Assembly: GCA_025993015.1 (NCBI GenBank)
Contig: DAJPFV010000001.1
Coordinates: 1,608,668-1,672,667 of the forward strand
Length of the DNA: 64,000 nt
Reading direction: 5' to 3'
From: Coriobacteriaceae bacterium
GTDB lineage: Bacteria > Actinomycetota > Coriobacteriia > Coriobacteriales > Coriobacteriaceae
The translations under genes and the position numbers were made by a program. The number at the start of each line of letters is the position of its first letter. Positions within the stretch are counted from its first letter, which is position 1. Shown in pieces: positions 9,423 through 19,501 of the stretch. The notes under the pieces are model-generated. The model worked only from the letters and a program-made list of their open reading frames with translations. It made no database searches and was not told where the DNA came from.

Positions 9423-10095
9423 GGACGCCGATGCGCCCGATGCACGCACCCGTATCATCGAGGCGTTTTGGGAGCTCATCGAGAACAACAGCATCTTCGA
9501 GCTGTCGGTTGGCGAGGTGACCCGCGCCGCCCAGTGCAATCGCGGAACGTTTTACTACTATTTTCACGATTTCGATGAACTCGTCGCCATCGCCATAGCC
9601 CAGCTGCTGCAGGATAACGAGCTCATCACCGATGCCCTCTGGCATTTTTCGAGCGAGGGCGACCTTTCGGCGTTCGACCGGCGCGACGTCCGCTGCCTGC
9701 TGCAGCGCATCGTCATCACCATGAGGGCGGGTGCCGCCGAGCAGGTCGTGCAGGGCATCCATACGATCATCATCGACCGCGTGAGAGAGATCGTCCACCC
9801 CGACGGAGAAGAGCTCAAGGCAGATTCGAGCTTTGCGGTGGGCTTTCTGGTCTCGGGCATCATGGGCTTTGTGATGGCGGTCGGCTTTGCCCGGGAGGGC
9901 GGCGAGGAGATAGACCTCGAGCAGCCGGGGGACAGCGCGTGCGCGTACCTGAGGGCGGTCGCCATGCAGACGGTGGAAACGGTCGCGCAAGTCGAGGGCG
10001 TCGATACATCCGAGCTGCTCGAACGCGTCTCCAAGGAGGCCGATGCCTATCGCGCATCGCGTGCGACGAGTCCCGACGTGGTGAAAGACGCCTAG
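9397..10095 (+). CDS. TetR/AcrR-family transcriptional regulator
   Basis: N-terminal HTH TRIIEAFWELIENNSIFELSVGEVTRAAQCNRGTFYYYFHDFDELV. Overlaps the upstream gene by 26 nt. Confidence 0.85.
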   Translation: MRRMARPRKDADAPDARTRIIEAFWELIENNSIFELSVGEVTRAAQCNRGTFYYYFHDFDELVAIAIAQLLQDNELITDALWHFSSEGDLSAFDRRDVRCLLQRIVITMRAGAAEQVVQGIHTIIIDRVREIVHPDGEELKADSSFAVGFLVSGIMGFVMAVGFAREGGEEIDLEQPGDSACAYLRAVAMQTVETVAQVEGVDTSELLERVSKEADAYRASRATSPDVVKDA

Positions 10096-10287
10096 GGTTT
10101 CTCTTGCGGGGCGCCTGTCGCGCATCGCGCGGTGAGTCCCGCGATGCGGTCATAACCTGCATTCATGTGAGCCGGGTTTATAGATATTCCTCCAGCTGTT
10201 AACATAGACAACCTGTGGGTAAAGAGACAAAAGCGCCGCCGACGGGCGGGCGTTTTGATTTCGATGAACTCATGTAAGGAAACGAGC

Positions 10288-12930
10288 ATGTTAGATAGAT
10301 TTACCGATCGAGCGCGCAAGGTCATGTCGATGGCCAAACAGGAGGCGCTCGATCTGCACTCAAATAAGGTGGGCACCGAGCACTTGCTGCTCGCGCTTGC
10401 CAAGGAGGACGAGGGCATTGCCGCCGAGGCGCTGCGCTCGCTCGACATCTCCTACGATGACATCATGGATACTCTCAAAGAGGTCCAGACCACGGTTCCC
10501 GAGCCCAGCGAGGAGACCGAGGCGGCCAAGCTTGCCTTTACGCCGCTCGTCATTAGCGTGATGGAGCGCTCCTTCCGCGTGGCGCGTGAGAACAACCAGA
10601 CCTATGTGTCGACCGAGCACTTGCTGATTGGCATCGTCGAAGAGGGTAACGGCATGGCCATGGACATCCTCATGCGCCTGGGTGTGTCGTCCGCCTCCAT
10701 CAAAAAGGCTATCGAGAAACTTACCGCCAAGGACCAGGACAAGAAGCGTCCGCTCGCCGGCGCCGGTGCCGGGCGTCCCGGTGCGGGCCTGCCGTTCTTT
10801 AGCGGCTCGGACGCGTCGCAGCAAAAGGGGAGCGGCACCGATACGCTTAAGCAGTTCGCCACCAACCTTACGCAGAAGGCGCGCGACGGCGAGCTCGACC
10901 CTGTAATTGGTCGCGAAAAGGAAGTCCAGCGTATGATGGAGATCCTTTCGCGTCGCACCAAGAACAATCCGCTTATCTTGGGCGACCCCGGCGTGGGCAA
11001 GACGGCCATCGTCGAGGGTCTGGCTCAGCAGATTGCAGCTGGCAACGTGCCCGAGAACCTTATGAACCAGAACATCTGGACGCTCGACCTGCCGGGCCTC
11101 GTTGCGGGCGCCAAGTATCGCGGTGAGTTTGAGGAGCGCCTCAAGAACGTGATCCAGGAGGCCACCGAAGCTGACGACGTCATCCTGTTTATTGACGAGA
11201 TGCACACCATCATCGGTGCCGGCTCTGCCGAGGGCTCCATCGACGCGAGCTCCATGCTCAAGCCCGTGCTCGCGCGCGGTGCCTTCCAGATTATCGGCGC
11301 CACCACGGCCGAGGAATTCCGCAAGTACCTCACCAAGGACCCGGCCTTCGAGCGTCGCTTCCAGACCATCGATGTCGAGGAGCCGAGCGTCGAGGACACG
11401 GTCAAGATCCTGACCGCGCTCAAGCCGCGCTACGAGGAGCACCACCATGTGCGCTATACGCAGGGTGCTATCGAGGCCGCCGCGAACCTCTCCGACCGCT
11501 ACATCCAGGATCGCTTCCTGCCCGATAAGGCCATCGACCTCATTGACGAGGCCGGCGCCCGCGCCCGCATCGCCGCCAACCGCGCGCCCGAGCCGGTGCG
11601 CGAGGCCGAGCATCGCGTGGAGGAGCTTAAGGCCGCCGCGCAGGAGGCCACCGAGAGCGACGACATGAACAAGGCCGCCGAGATCACCGAGCAGCAAAAG
11701 GCTGCCGAGATTGAGCTCGCCGAGGCCAAGGCTGCCTGGACGGCCGAGCTCGACGCCAGCCCGCTCACCATCGATGTCTCCCAGATTGCCGACATCGTGT
11801 CCGTGACCTCGGGCGTGCCGGTTTCCTCGCTCACCGAGAGCGAGAGCCGGCGCCTGCTGCAGACCGAAAGCGTGCTCAAGACGCGCATCATCGGCCAGGA
11901 TGAGGCAGTCGAGGCCGTCGCCAAGGCCGTGCGCCGCAGCCGCTCGCCGCTCAAGGACCCGCGTCGTCCCGGTGGCAGCTTTATCTTCCTTGGTCCCACC
12001 GGCACAGGCAAGACCGAGCTCGCCAAGACGCTCGCCGAGTATCTCTTTGGCAGCAAGGACGCGCTCATCAGCTTCGATATGTCGGAGTTTGGCAGTGAGT
12101 TCGAGGTCTCCAAGCTCATCGGTAGCCCCCCGGGCTATGTGGGCCACGACGAGGGCGGCCAGCTCACCAAGGCTGTTCGCCGTCACCCGTACTCGGTCGT
12201 GCTGTTCGACGAGATCGAGAAGGCGCACCCCGACATCTTCAATATCCTGCTGCAGGTGTTGGAGGAGGGCCGTCTGACCGATAGCCAGGGCAAGACGGTC
12301 GACTTCCGCAATACGGTGATCATCATGACGTCAAACGTGGGCGCCCGCGAGATCGCGCAGGATGCGAGCGTTGGCTTTGGCACCACCGGCGAGCAGGGCC
12401 TCACCTCGAGTGAGATCCGCGGCCGCGCGATGGGCGAGCTCAAGCGCCTGTTCCGCCCCGAGCTGCTCAACCGTATCGACGACATCGTGGTGTTCCAGAA
12501 GCTCTCGGGCGAGAACCTGACCAAGATTGCGCACCTGCTGGTGGACGATCTGCGCCAGCGCCTGATCGCAAACGGCATGAACATCAAGCTTACCGATGCG
12601 GCCTACGACAAGATTGTGGCGGAGGGTACCGACCTCACCAACGGCGCGCGTCCGCTGCGTCGTGCCATCCAAAAGCTCATCGAGGATCCGCTGTCCGAGG
12701 AACTGCTGGCTGGCGAGTGGGGCGAGGGCGATACCGTCCTGTGCGACGTGGCCGATGGCAAGTTTGTCTTTAGCCGCGGCACGGGCGAGATCCCGGCACC
12801 GCGTCCGGCGGGCACGCTTGGTGGCGATACCGCCCCGGCGGTACCGCACACCGGCAACGCCGCGCCCGTGAGCGGCGGCGTGACCTCGGGCCCCGGCGGC
12901 ATGATGCAAGCCGGTTCCGGCGCGCTGTAG
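10288..12930 (+). CDS. clpC: ATP-dependent Clp protease ATP-binding subunit ClpC
   Basis: Clp_N repeats ([12 protein letters not shown]...), two AAA+ modules with GDPGVGKT and GPTGTGKT Walker A motifs. The ATG at 10288 has an aagga RBS 7 nt upstream. Confidence 0.93.
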   Translation: MLDRFTDRARKVMSMAKQEALDLHSNKVGTEHLLLALAKEDEGIAAEALRSLDISYDDIMDTLKEVQTTVPEPSEETEAAKLAFTPLVISVMERSFRVARENNQTYVSTEHLLIGIVEEGNGMAMDILMRLGVSSASIKKAIEKLTAKDQDKKRPLAGAGAGRPGAGLPFFSGSDASQQKGSGTDTLKQFATNLTQKARDGELDPVIGREKEVQRMMEILSRRTKNNPLILGDPGVGKTAIVEGLAQQIAAGNVPENLMNQNIWTLDLPGLVAGAKYRGEFEERLKNVIQEATEADDVILFIDEMHTIIGAGSAEGSIDASSMLKPVLARGAFQIIGATTAEEFRKYLTKDPAFERRFQTIDVEEPSVEDTVKILTALKPRYEEHHHVRYTQGAIEAAANLSDRYIQDRFLPDKAIDLIDEAGARARIAANRAPEPVREAEHRVEELKAAAQEATESDDMNKAAEITEQQKAAEIELAEAKAAWTAELDASPLTIDVSQIADIVSVTSGVPVSSLTESESRRLLQTESVLKTRIIGQDEAVEAVAKAVRRSRSPLKDPRRPGGSFIFLGPTGTGKTELAKTLAEYLFGSKDALISFDMSEFGSEFEVSKLIGSPPGYVGHDEGGQLTKAVRRHPYSVVLFDEIEKAHPDIFNILLQVLEEGRLTDSQGKTVDFRNTVIIMTSNVGAREIAQDASVGFGTTGEQGLTSSEIRGRAMGELKRLFRPELLNRIDDIVVFQKLSGENLTKIAHLLVDDLRQRLIANGMNIKLTDAAYDKIVAEGTDLTNGARPLRRAIQKLIEDPLSEELLAGEWGEGDTVLCDVADGKFVFSRGTGEIPAPRPAGTLGGDTAPAVPHTGNAAPVSGGVTSGPGGMMQAGSGAL

Positions 12931-12955
12931 GGCGTGGCGACAATTTGATACGCGC

Positions 12956-12990
12956 AATCGAGGCGCTCTGGAAAGGGCGCCTCGATTTGT
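12956..12990 (+). terminator. Rho-independent terminator after clpC
   Basis: aatcgaggcgc / gcgcctcgatt stem followed by ttgt. Confidence 0.55.
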
Positions 12991-13144
12991 AGAGCTGCGG
13001 AAGTTGTGACCGTTACGCTATACGGTCCACCGTTAGCCGATGATGCGAGGGCGCTCGGCGTTTTCGACTGGTTTATGCACGCAAAGTCTGGGAATATACA
13101 AGTCGCATGTCTTACTGTCTAACCAGTTGCGCCAAGGAGGCACC

Positions 13145-14602
13145 ATGGACTACAAGATTACCGGCTACGAGCCCGCCCAGCTGTTCCATTTCTTTGAGGA
13201 GGTCAGCGCGATCCCCCGTGGGTCTGGCAACGAGAAGGGCATCAGCGATTTCCTGGTTGCGTTTGCCAAGGAGCGCGGTCTCGATGTGTACCAGGACGAG
13301 GTCTACAACGTCATCATTCGCAAGCCCGCATCTGCCGGTGCCGAGAATGCCCCGACCGTGATGCTGCAGGGCCACATCGATATGGTGTGCGACAAGTTGG
13401 GCTCCGTTGAGCACGACTTTACGACCGATGGTATCGACCTGGTCGTCAAGGACGGCGTCCTCACCGCTAACGGCACCACTCTGGGCGCCGACAACGGTAT
13501 TGCCGTCGCGCTTATGCTTACCGTGCTCAACGACGATTCGATTACCCATCCGGCCCTCGAGTGCGTATTCACCACCGACGAGGAGACTGGCCTGGTCGGC
13601 GCCGAGACGCTCGACAAGTCCCAGATTAGCGCCCGCACCATGATTAACCTTGACTCCGAGGAAGAGGGCGTTGCCACCGTCAGCTGCGCCGGCGGCGTCG
13701 TCGTTACCTACACCTGCCCGATCGTGCGCGAGCACAAGACCGGTAGCACCCTCACGCTCGACATCTCCGGCCTGCTGGGCGGTCACTCCGGCAGCGATAT
13801 CCACCTGGAGCGCGGCAATGGCAACCTCATCATGGCCCGCATCATCGACCGCCTGATGGTTGCCGGCGAGCCCGCCATCGTTAGCTTTAACGGCGGCACC
13901 AAGGACAACGCCATCAACCGTGAGTGCAAGGCTGTTCTGGTCTACGCCGACCACGCTGCCGCCGAGGCCGCGGCCCAGATTGCAAAGGGCATCATCGCCG
14001 ACGTCACTGCCGAGCTCGAGGTCTTCGACCCCGGCTTTACCTGCACCGTCGAGATTGCCGACGACGCCGAGGTCGAGGCCATGGACCGGAAGTCCGCGCT
14101 TGCCCTCATCCGCGCCCTGCGCCTTGCCCCTAACGGCGTGATTCGCCGCAACGTCGCCACCGACGGCTCCGTCGAGGTTTCCTCCAACATCGGTGTGGTT
14201 GCCACCTCTGACGACGAGGTCAAGATCATGCTGTCCCCGCGTTCCTCGATCACCTCGCTGCAGAACGAGTTCAAGGATCGTCTGCAGACGCTGGCCGATG
14301 TCCTGGGCTTCGACGCCAAGTTTGAGTTCGAGTATCCCGGCTGGAGCTATGCCGAGCATTCGCCGGTCCGCGACGTCTTTGTCGAGAGCTATCGCGAGCT
14401 CTTTGGCTCCGAGCTGCGCATCGAGTCCATTCACGCCGGCCTTGAGTGCGGCCTGTTTGCCGAGGCCCTGCACGGCCTGGACGCCATCGCCGTGGGTCCG
14501 ACGCTCTCCGATGTTCACACCCCGGACGAGAGCATGGAGCTCGCTTCTGCCGAGCGCTTCTACGAGCTGCTCATCGATGTCCTCAAGCGCCTCGCTGCGT
14601 AA
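13145..14602 (+). CDS. pepD: Aminoacyl-histidine (Xaa-His) dipeptidase, peptidase M20C
   Basis: MDYKITGYEPAQLFHFFEEVSAIPRGSGNEKGISDFL..., HIDMVC, and the TTDEETGLVGA motif. The ATG at 13145 follows ggagg. Confidence 0.9.
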   Translation: MDYKITGYEPAQLFHFFEEVSAIPRGSGNEKGISDFLVAFAKERGLDVYQDEVYNVIIRKPASAGAENAPTVMLQGHIDMVCDKLGSVEHDFTTDGIDLVVKDGVLTANGTTLGADNGIAVALMLTVLNDDSITHPALECVFTTDEETGLVGAETLDKSQISARTMINLDSEEEGVATVSCAGGVVVTYTCPIVREHKTGSTLTLDISGLLGGHSGSDIHLERGNGNLIMARIIDRLMVAGEPAIVSFNGGTKDNAINRECKAVLVYADHAAAEAAAQIAKGIIADVTAELEVFDPGFTCTVEIADDAEVEAMDRKSALALIRALRLAPNGVIRRNVATDGSVEVSSNIGVVATSDDEVKIMLSPRSSITSLQNEFKDRLQTLADVLGFDAKFEFEYPGWSYAEHSPVRDVFVESYRELFGSELRIESIHAGLECGLFAEALHGLDAIAVGPTLSDVHTPDESMELASAERFYELLIDVLKRLAA

Positions 14603-14643
14603 AGGTCGCCTTAGTTAAGCCGCTCTAAAACGGCTGGCTATGA

Positions 14644-14680
14644 AAACGGCCGCTTGGCGTAATGCCGGGCGGCCGTTATT
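14644..14680. terminator. Bidirectional hairpin between convergent pepD and mntP
   Basis: aaacggccgc ... gcggccgtt. Confidence 0.45.
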
Positions 14681-14682
14681 CG

Positions 14683-15261
14683 TTACAGTGCGAGAATCCC
14701 CAGATGCTCAAGCAAGATCTTAAGCCCGATGAGGATGAGCACGACGCCGCCCACGATGGTGGCGGGTTTTTCGTAGCGCGCGCCAAAGGTGTGGCCGATC
14801 GCTACGCCGGCAACGGAGAAGACAAAGGTCGTGATGCCGATGAGCGATACAGCTGGAACGATGTCGACCGAGAGCGCCGCAAACGAGATGCCCACGGCCA
14901 GCGCGTCAATCGAGGTGGCGATGGCGAGGATCAGGTACTCGCCTAGGTCAATCTTTTCGGCATCCTTGCCGTCGCCTTCATCCTCGTCCTCGGTAAAGGC
15001 CTCCCACAACATTTTGCCGCCGATAAAGGCCAATAGGATAAAGGCGATCCAATGGTCGATGGGTCCGATGATGCCCATGAATTGACTGCCGAGCGCCCAT
15101 CCGATTACGGGCATGCCGGCCTGAAAGCCGCCAAAGAACAGACCGAGCACCACGGCGACTTTAAGGTTGATTTTCTTCATGCCAAGGCCCTTGCAGATGG
15201 AAACGGCAAAGGCGTCCATCGAAAGGCCAACGGCGAGCAACACGAGCTCTGCGAGTCCCAT
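14683..15261 (-). CDS. mntP: Manganese efflux pump MntP
   Basis: MGLAELVLLAVGLSMDAFAVSICKG..., with the repeated DAFAV/DALAVG motifs of the MntP family. The internal ATG at 15261 has a gaggga RBS. Confidence 0.9.
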   Translation of the reverse strand: MGLAELVLLAVGLSMDAFAVSICKGLGMKKINLKVAVVLGLFFGGFQAGMPVIGWALGSQFMGIIGPIDHWIAFILLAFIGGKMLWEAFTEDEDEGDGKDAEKIDLGEYLILAIATSIDALAVGISFAALSVDIVPAVSLIGITTFVFSVAGVAIGHTFGARYEKPATIVGGVVLILIGLKILLEHLGILAL

Positions 15262-15315
15262 AGTCTGGCTCCCTCTCTGCGGGCGGGCCCGCGTGTACCT
15301 CTTGGGGGAGTAACA

Positions 15316-15460
15316 AAAAAGACCCGTGGCGTACGCGTTGCGCGCACAGCCACGAGTCTCGTTCATTAAGGCAAGCCAGGCCGCATCGGCCAGTGTGTTG
15401 ACTTACCGCGCCACCGGAGGCGAACCCGATCACGCGACTACTCCCTCATTTATGTGAATC
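15316..15460 (-). promoter_or_regulatory. yybP-ykoY-like Mn2+ riboswitch with terminator expression platform in the mntP leader
   Basis: The minus strand reads gagGGAGUAGucgcg...cgcgguaAGUCAACACAc-hairpin-cuUGCCuuaaugaacGAGACucguggc. It is followed by the terminator cguggc...gccacgggucuuuuuu, 55 nt before the mntP ATG. Confidence 0.65.
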
Positions 15461-15608
15461 CCGATGCTATCACATAAGCAGCTCATTTGGATCGGGGCTC
15501 TCAGCTGTGTTCGCTCATTCTGTAAGCATAGGATTTTGCGGGCGTCACAGGGGCAAACCGTGAGAAACTTATTGACGTTTATGGAGCGTATACGATGGGA
15601 GCGATGCC

Positions 15609-16676
15609 TTGGATAAGAACGAGCTGCAAAAGCGTATGGAACAGGCCATTCGCCTGACGGCACCTGGTCAGCCGATCCGCACCGCCCTCGACATGATCAT
15701 TGCCGGTCACCTGGGTGCCCTTATCTGCGTCGGCGACACCGAAAACGTGCTCGCTGCCGGTAACGACGGCTTCCCGCTCAACATTTCGTTTACCTCGAAC
15801 CGCCTGTTCGAGCTTTCCAAGATGGACGGCGCCATCGTTATCGATGGCGACCTCACCCAGATCCTGCGCGCCAACTTCCACCTCAATCCCGATCCCTCGC
15901 TCGCCACGAGTGAGACGGGCATGCGTCACCGTACTGCCGCTCGCATGTCGGTGCTCACCGACGCCATCGTGATCTCGGTTTCGGCTCGTCGTGCCGTCGT
16001 CAACGTGTACGTCCACGGTAAGAGCTACGAGATCCAGCCTGTCACCACCATCATGAGCTCGGTCAACCAACTCGTTGCCACGCTCCAGACCACCCGTCAG
16101 TCGCTTGACCGCTCCCTGCTGCGCCTGACGGCCCTTGAGCTCGACGACTACGTTACGCTCGCCGACATTACCGGTATTTTCTCGAGCTTCGAGATCATGC
16201 AGCAGGCAAAGACCGAGCTTAAGGATTGCATCGTCAAGCTGGGCAACCAGGGCAAGCTCGTGCAGATGCAGCTCGAGCAGCTCGCCGGCTCCAGCATGGA
16301 TACCGAATACGACTTGATGATCCGCGACTACGCAAGCGATTCCTCTGAGGCCAATGCCGAGAAGATTCGCGCTGAGCTTGCCCGCATGACGCCTAAGGAC
16401 CTGTCCGACCCGCAGCACGTGGCGGCAGTTCTGGGCTATGACGACCTGGACGAGGACTCCGTCATGACGCCGCTGGGCCTGCGCACGCTTTCGCGCGTGT
16501 CCGTCGTGCGCGACGGCGTGGCCGAGAAGATCGTCGACGAGTACGGCTCGCTGCAGGAGCTCATGGACGACATCAGCGAGGATCCGGAGCGCCTGGGCGA
16601 CTTTGGCGTCAACAACCCTGCCATTCTTGCGGACTCGCTGTACCGCATGAAGGGCACCAAACAGGGGAACGCATAA
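15609..16676 (+). CDS. disA: DNA integrity scanning protein DisA (diadenylate cyclase)
   Basis: 355 aa with a TTG start. DAC domain GALICVG...DGAIVID plus a C-terminal HhH region. Confidence 0.9.
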   Translation: MDKNELQKRMEQAIRLTAPGQPIRTALDMIIAGHLGALICVGDTENVLAAGNDGFPLNISFTSNRLFELSKMDGAIVIDGDLTQILRANFHLNPDPSLATSETGMRHRTAARMSVLTDAIVISVSARRAVVNVYVHGKSYEIQPVTTIMSSVNQLVATLQTTRQSLDRSLLRLTALELDDYVTLADITGIFSSFEIMQQAKTELKDCIVKLGNQGKLVQMQLEQLAGSSMDTEYDLMIRDYASDSSEANAEKIRAELARMTPKDLSDPQHVAAVLGYDDLDEDSVMTPLGLRTLSRVSVVRDGVAEKIVDEYGSLQELMDDISEDPERLGDFGVNNPAILADSLYRMKGTKQGNA

Positions 16677-17404
16677 TGGCGCCCGTATGCGCCGTGGTCG
16701 TTGCCGGCGGCAGCGGTCAGCGCTTTGGAAATCCCGGCGGCAAGCAGCTCGTTGACGTGGCGGGCCGTCCGCTTATGAGCTGGTCCATCCGCGCGTTTGA
16801 CCGTAGCGATAAGGTCGGCCACATCGTGGTGGTTTGCCCTGCCGAGCGCCGTGCCGAGATGCGCCGTCTGGCCATCGACCCGTTTGACTATGACACGCCC
16901 ATCAGCTTTGCCGATGCCGGCGATACCCGTCAGGATTCCACCCGCGCCGGCGTGCACGCGGTGCCGGCGGGCTTTGAATACGTCGCCATTCACGATGGCG
17001 CTCGTCCGCTCATTACGACCGAGGCCATCGACCACGCTATCGACGTGCTCGTGAGCGACCGTGCTCTCGACGGCGTCGTGTGCGGTCAGCCCGCGATCGA
17101 CACGCTCAAGATCGTTGACGGCGATAATATCGTCGAGACGCCGCCGCGTGAGCTCTATTGGGCCGCGCAGACGCCGCAGATCTTTAGTGTCGACGCCATG
17201 AAGCGCGCCCATGCCGCGGCGATTGCCGAGGGCTTTATCGGTACGGACGATTCGTCACTGGTCGAGCGCATGGGAGGACGCGTCCGCTGCGTCCAGAGCC
17301 CGCGCGATAACCTTAAGGTGACGGTGCCCGAGGACCTGCGTCCTGTAACCGCGATTCTGCTCGGTCGCATGGCCGAGGGAGAGGACCTTCCCCATGTTCA
17401 GTAA
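16676..17404 (+). CDS. ispD: 2-C-methyl-D-erythritol 4-phosphate cytidylyltransferase
   Basis: VVVAGGSGQRFG..KQL motif. TAATG overlap with disA. Confidence 0.9.
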   Translation: MAPVCAVVVAGGSGQRFGNPGGKQLVDVAGRPLMSWSIRAFDRSDKVGHIVVVCPAERRAEMRRLAIDPFDYDTPISFADAGDTRQDSTRAGVHAVPAGFEYVAIHDGARPLITTEAIDHAIDVLVSDRALDGVVCGQPAIDTLKIVDGDNIVETPPRELYWAAQTPQIFSVDAMKRAHAAAIAEGFIGTDDSSLVERMGGRVRCVQSPRDNLKVTVPEDLRPVTAILLGRMAEGEDLPHVQ

Positions 17405-17888
17405 CCTGCGCATTGGCCATGGCTACGACGTCCACCGTCTGGTGGAGGGGCGTCGATGTATCATCGGCGGTGTCGACATTCCCTACGAGCGCGGCCTGCT
17501 GGGCCACTCGGATGCCGATGTGCTCGCGCACGCCTTGGCCGACGCCATTCTGGGCGCCTGCCGCGGGGGAGACATCGGCAAGCTATTCCCCGACACCGAT
17601 CCCGCCTACGAGGGCGCCGATTCGATGGTACTGCTCGCTCGCGTGATGGACTACGCGCGCGAGCTGGGCTTTGAGTTTGTCGATGCCGATTGCACCATTG
17701 CCTGTCAGCAACCCAAGATCACCCCGCACCGCGATGCCATGCGCGCCAACCTTGCCCATGCCCTGGGCGTCGACGTCGAAAACGTGGGCGTCGCCGCCAC
17801 TACGACCGAAAAGCTCGGTTGGGAAGGCCAGGGCGAGGGAATCGGTGCCTGGGCCGTCTGCCTGCTACAGAAAACCGTTAAGGAGTAA
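17394..17888 (+). CDS. ispF: 2-C-methyl-D-erythritol 2,4-cyclodiphosphate synthase
   Basis: RIGHGYDVHRL...GHSDADVLAHAL signature. Confidence 0.93.
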   Translation: MFSNLRIGHGYDVHRLVEGRRCIIGGVDIPYERGLLGHSDADVLAHALADAILGACRGGDIGKLFPDTDPAYEGADSMVLLARVMDYARELGFEFVDADCTIACQQPKITPHRDAMRANLAHALGVDVENVGVAATTTEKLGWEGQGEGIGAWAVCLLQKTVKE

Positions 17889-17891
17889 CGA

Positions 17892-19358
17892 ATGCGTATC
17901 TACAACAGCGCTACCCATAAAAAGGAAGAGTTCCAGCCCATCGAGTCCGGCAAGGTCCGCATGTACGTGTGCGGCCCCACGGTCTACGACAACATCCACA
18001 TCGGCAATGCCCGCACGTTCATCAGCTTTGACGTGATTCGTCGCTGGCTCATCGCGAGCGGCTACGAGGTCACGTTCGCTCAGAACCTCACCGATGTCGA
18101 CGACAAGATCATCAAGCGCGCCAACGAGCAGGGCCGTACGGCCGCCGAGGTCGCGACGGAGTTCTCCGACAAGTTCATCGGCGTCATGCGCGCCGCCAAC
18201 GTGCTCGATCCCGATGTGCGCCCCCGCGCCACCAAGGAGATCGGCCCCATGATCGCTATGATCAAGACGCTTATCGAGCAGGGCCATGCCTACGCCGCCG
18301 ATAACGGCGACGTGTACTTTGCCGTGCGCAGCGATCCCAACTATGGCCAGGTCTCGGGCCGTAACATCGACGACCTTATGGTGGGCGCGCGCATCGAAGA
18401 AAACGAGGACAAGAACGACCCGCTCGACTTTGCCCTGTGGAAGGCCGCCAAGCCCGGCGAGCCTAGCTGGCCGAGCCCCTGGGGCGAGGGCCGTCCCGGT
18501 TGGCACACCGAGTGCGCCGCCATGGTGCACCGCTACCTGGGCACCCCGATCGATATCCACGGCGGCGGCTCCGACCTTGCCTTCCCGCATCACGAGAACG
18601 AGTGCGCCCAGGCCACCTGCGCTTGGCACCAGGGTTTCTCTAACACTTGGATGCACACGGGCATGCTGCTGGTCGACGGCGAGAAGATGTCCAAGTCGCT
18701 CGGCAACTTCTTTACGCTGGCCGAGGTGCTCGAGCAGCACTCCGCTGCCGCCCTGCGCCTACTGATGCTGCAGACGAGCTATCGCTCGCCGCTCGACTTT
18801 TCCTGGGAGCGCCTGGAGGGTGCCGAGAACTCGCTCACGCGCATTGCCGGCACGGTCGAGAACCTGCGCTGGGCCGCGAACCACGCGACGGCCGCTGCCG
18901 ATGAGGCTGCTGCCGAGGCATTTGCCGCCAAGGCCGCCGAGACCCGTGCCGCCTTTAAGGAGTGCATGGACGACGACTTTAACACCGCCGGTGCCATGGG
19001 TGCCGTCTTTGGCTTCGTGACCGAGTGCAACCAGTACTTGGAGCAGGCGGGCGACGCAGCCGACAAGGCCGCCGCGCTTGCCGCCGCCGACACGCTGGCC
19101 GAGCTACTCGACACCTTTGGTGTTGAGCTCCCCGAGCCCAAGGTCGAGCTGCCGCTGGGTCTGCTGGGTGTTGCCGCCGGTCTGGTTGCCTATACGGGCG
19201 ACGACGTGGACGAGGCTGCTGCCAAGATTCTCGAAGCCCGCGCCGAGGCCCGTGCCGCCAAGAACTGGGATCTGGCCGACGCCATCCGCGACCAGCTCAA
19301 GGACCTGGGCCTCACCATTGAGGATACGGCCGCGGGCACTCGTATTAAGAGTCTCTAG
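17892..19358 (+). CDS. cysS: Cysteine--tRNA ligase
   Basis: MYVCGPTVYDNIHIGNART (HIGH-type) and KMSKSLGN motifs. Confidence 0.95.
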   Translation: MRIYNSATHKKEEFQPIESGKVRMYVCGPTVYDNIHIGNARTFISFDVIRRWLIASGYEVTFAQNLTDVDDKIIKRANEQGRTAAEVATEFSDKFIGVMRAANVLDPDVRPRATKEIGPMIAMIKTLIEQGHAYAADNGDVYFAVRSDPNYGQVSGRNIDDLMVGARIEENEDKNDPLDFALWKAAKPGEPSWPSPWGEGRPGWHTECAAMVHRYLGTPIDIHGGGSDLAFPHHENECAQATCAWHQGFSNTWMHTGMLLVDGEKMSKSLGNFFTLAEVLEQHSAAALRLLMLQTSYRSPLDFSWERLEGAENSLTRIAGTVENLRWAANHATAAADEAAAEAFAAKAAETRAAFKECMDDDFNTAGAMGAVFGFVTECNQYLEQAGDAADKAAALAAADTLAELLDTFGVELPEPKVELPLGLLGVAAGLVAYTGDDVDEAAAKILEARAEARAAKNWDLADAIRDQLKDLGLTIEDTAAGTRIKSL

Positions 19359-19501
19359 TATTTGTCGACCGTTCGAGGTGCGGCAGATTGCCTTGAAAGA
19401 GAAGGGCATAGACCTGGTGGTCATGCCCGACGATTGAAAGGCAAGGTGCCGTGGCTCGGACGGTCGATTCTTGTTCGTTATCTATTTAAGGAGGCCGCTT
19501 T

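Noticed and set aside
6960-9539. 859-aa minus-strand ORF, plus other long ORFs antisense to the activase gene.
   Set aside because: It is a shadow frame opposite a well-supported 1479-aa gene, with a low-complexity R/A/G/V-rich translation and no motifs.
10360-12228. 622-aa minus-strand ORF.
   Set aside because: It is antisense to clpC, with high-GC shadow-frame composition.
13112-14518. 468-aa minus-strand ORF. The same reasoning applies to 23777-25021 (antisense to tuf), 31515-32804, 35541-36758, 40136-41155, 42007-42786 and 44092-44919.
   Set aside because: All of these lie antisense to genes with strong family signatures (pepD, tuf, 5'-nucleotidase, binding protein, hydrolase, feoB, MFS) and have shadow-frame amino-acid composition.
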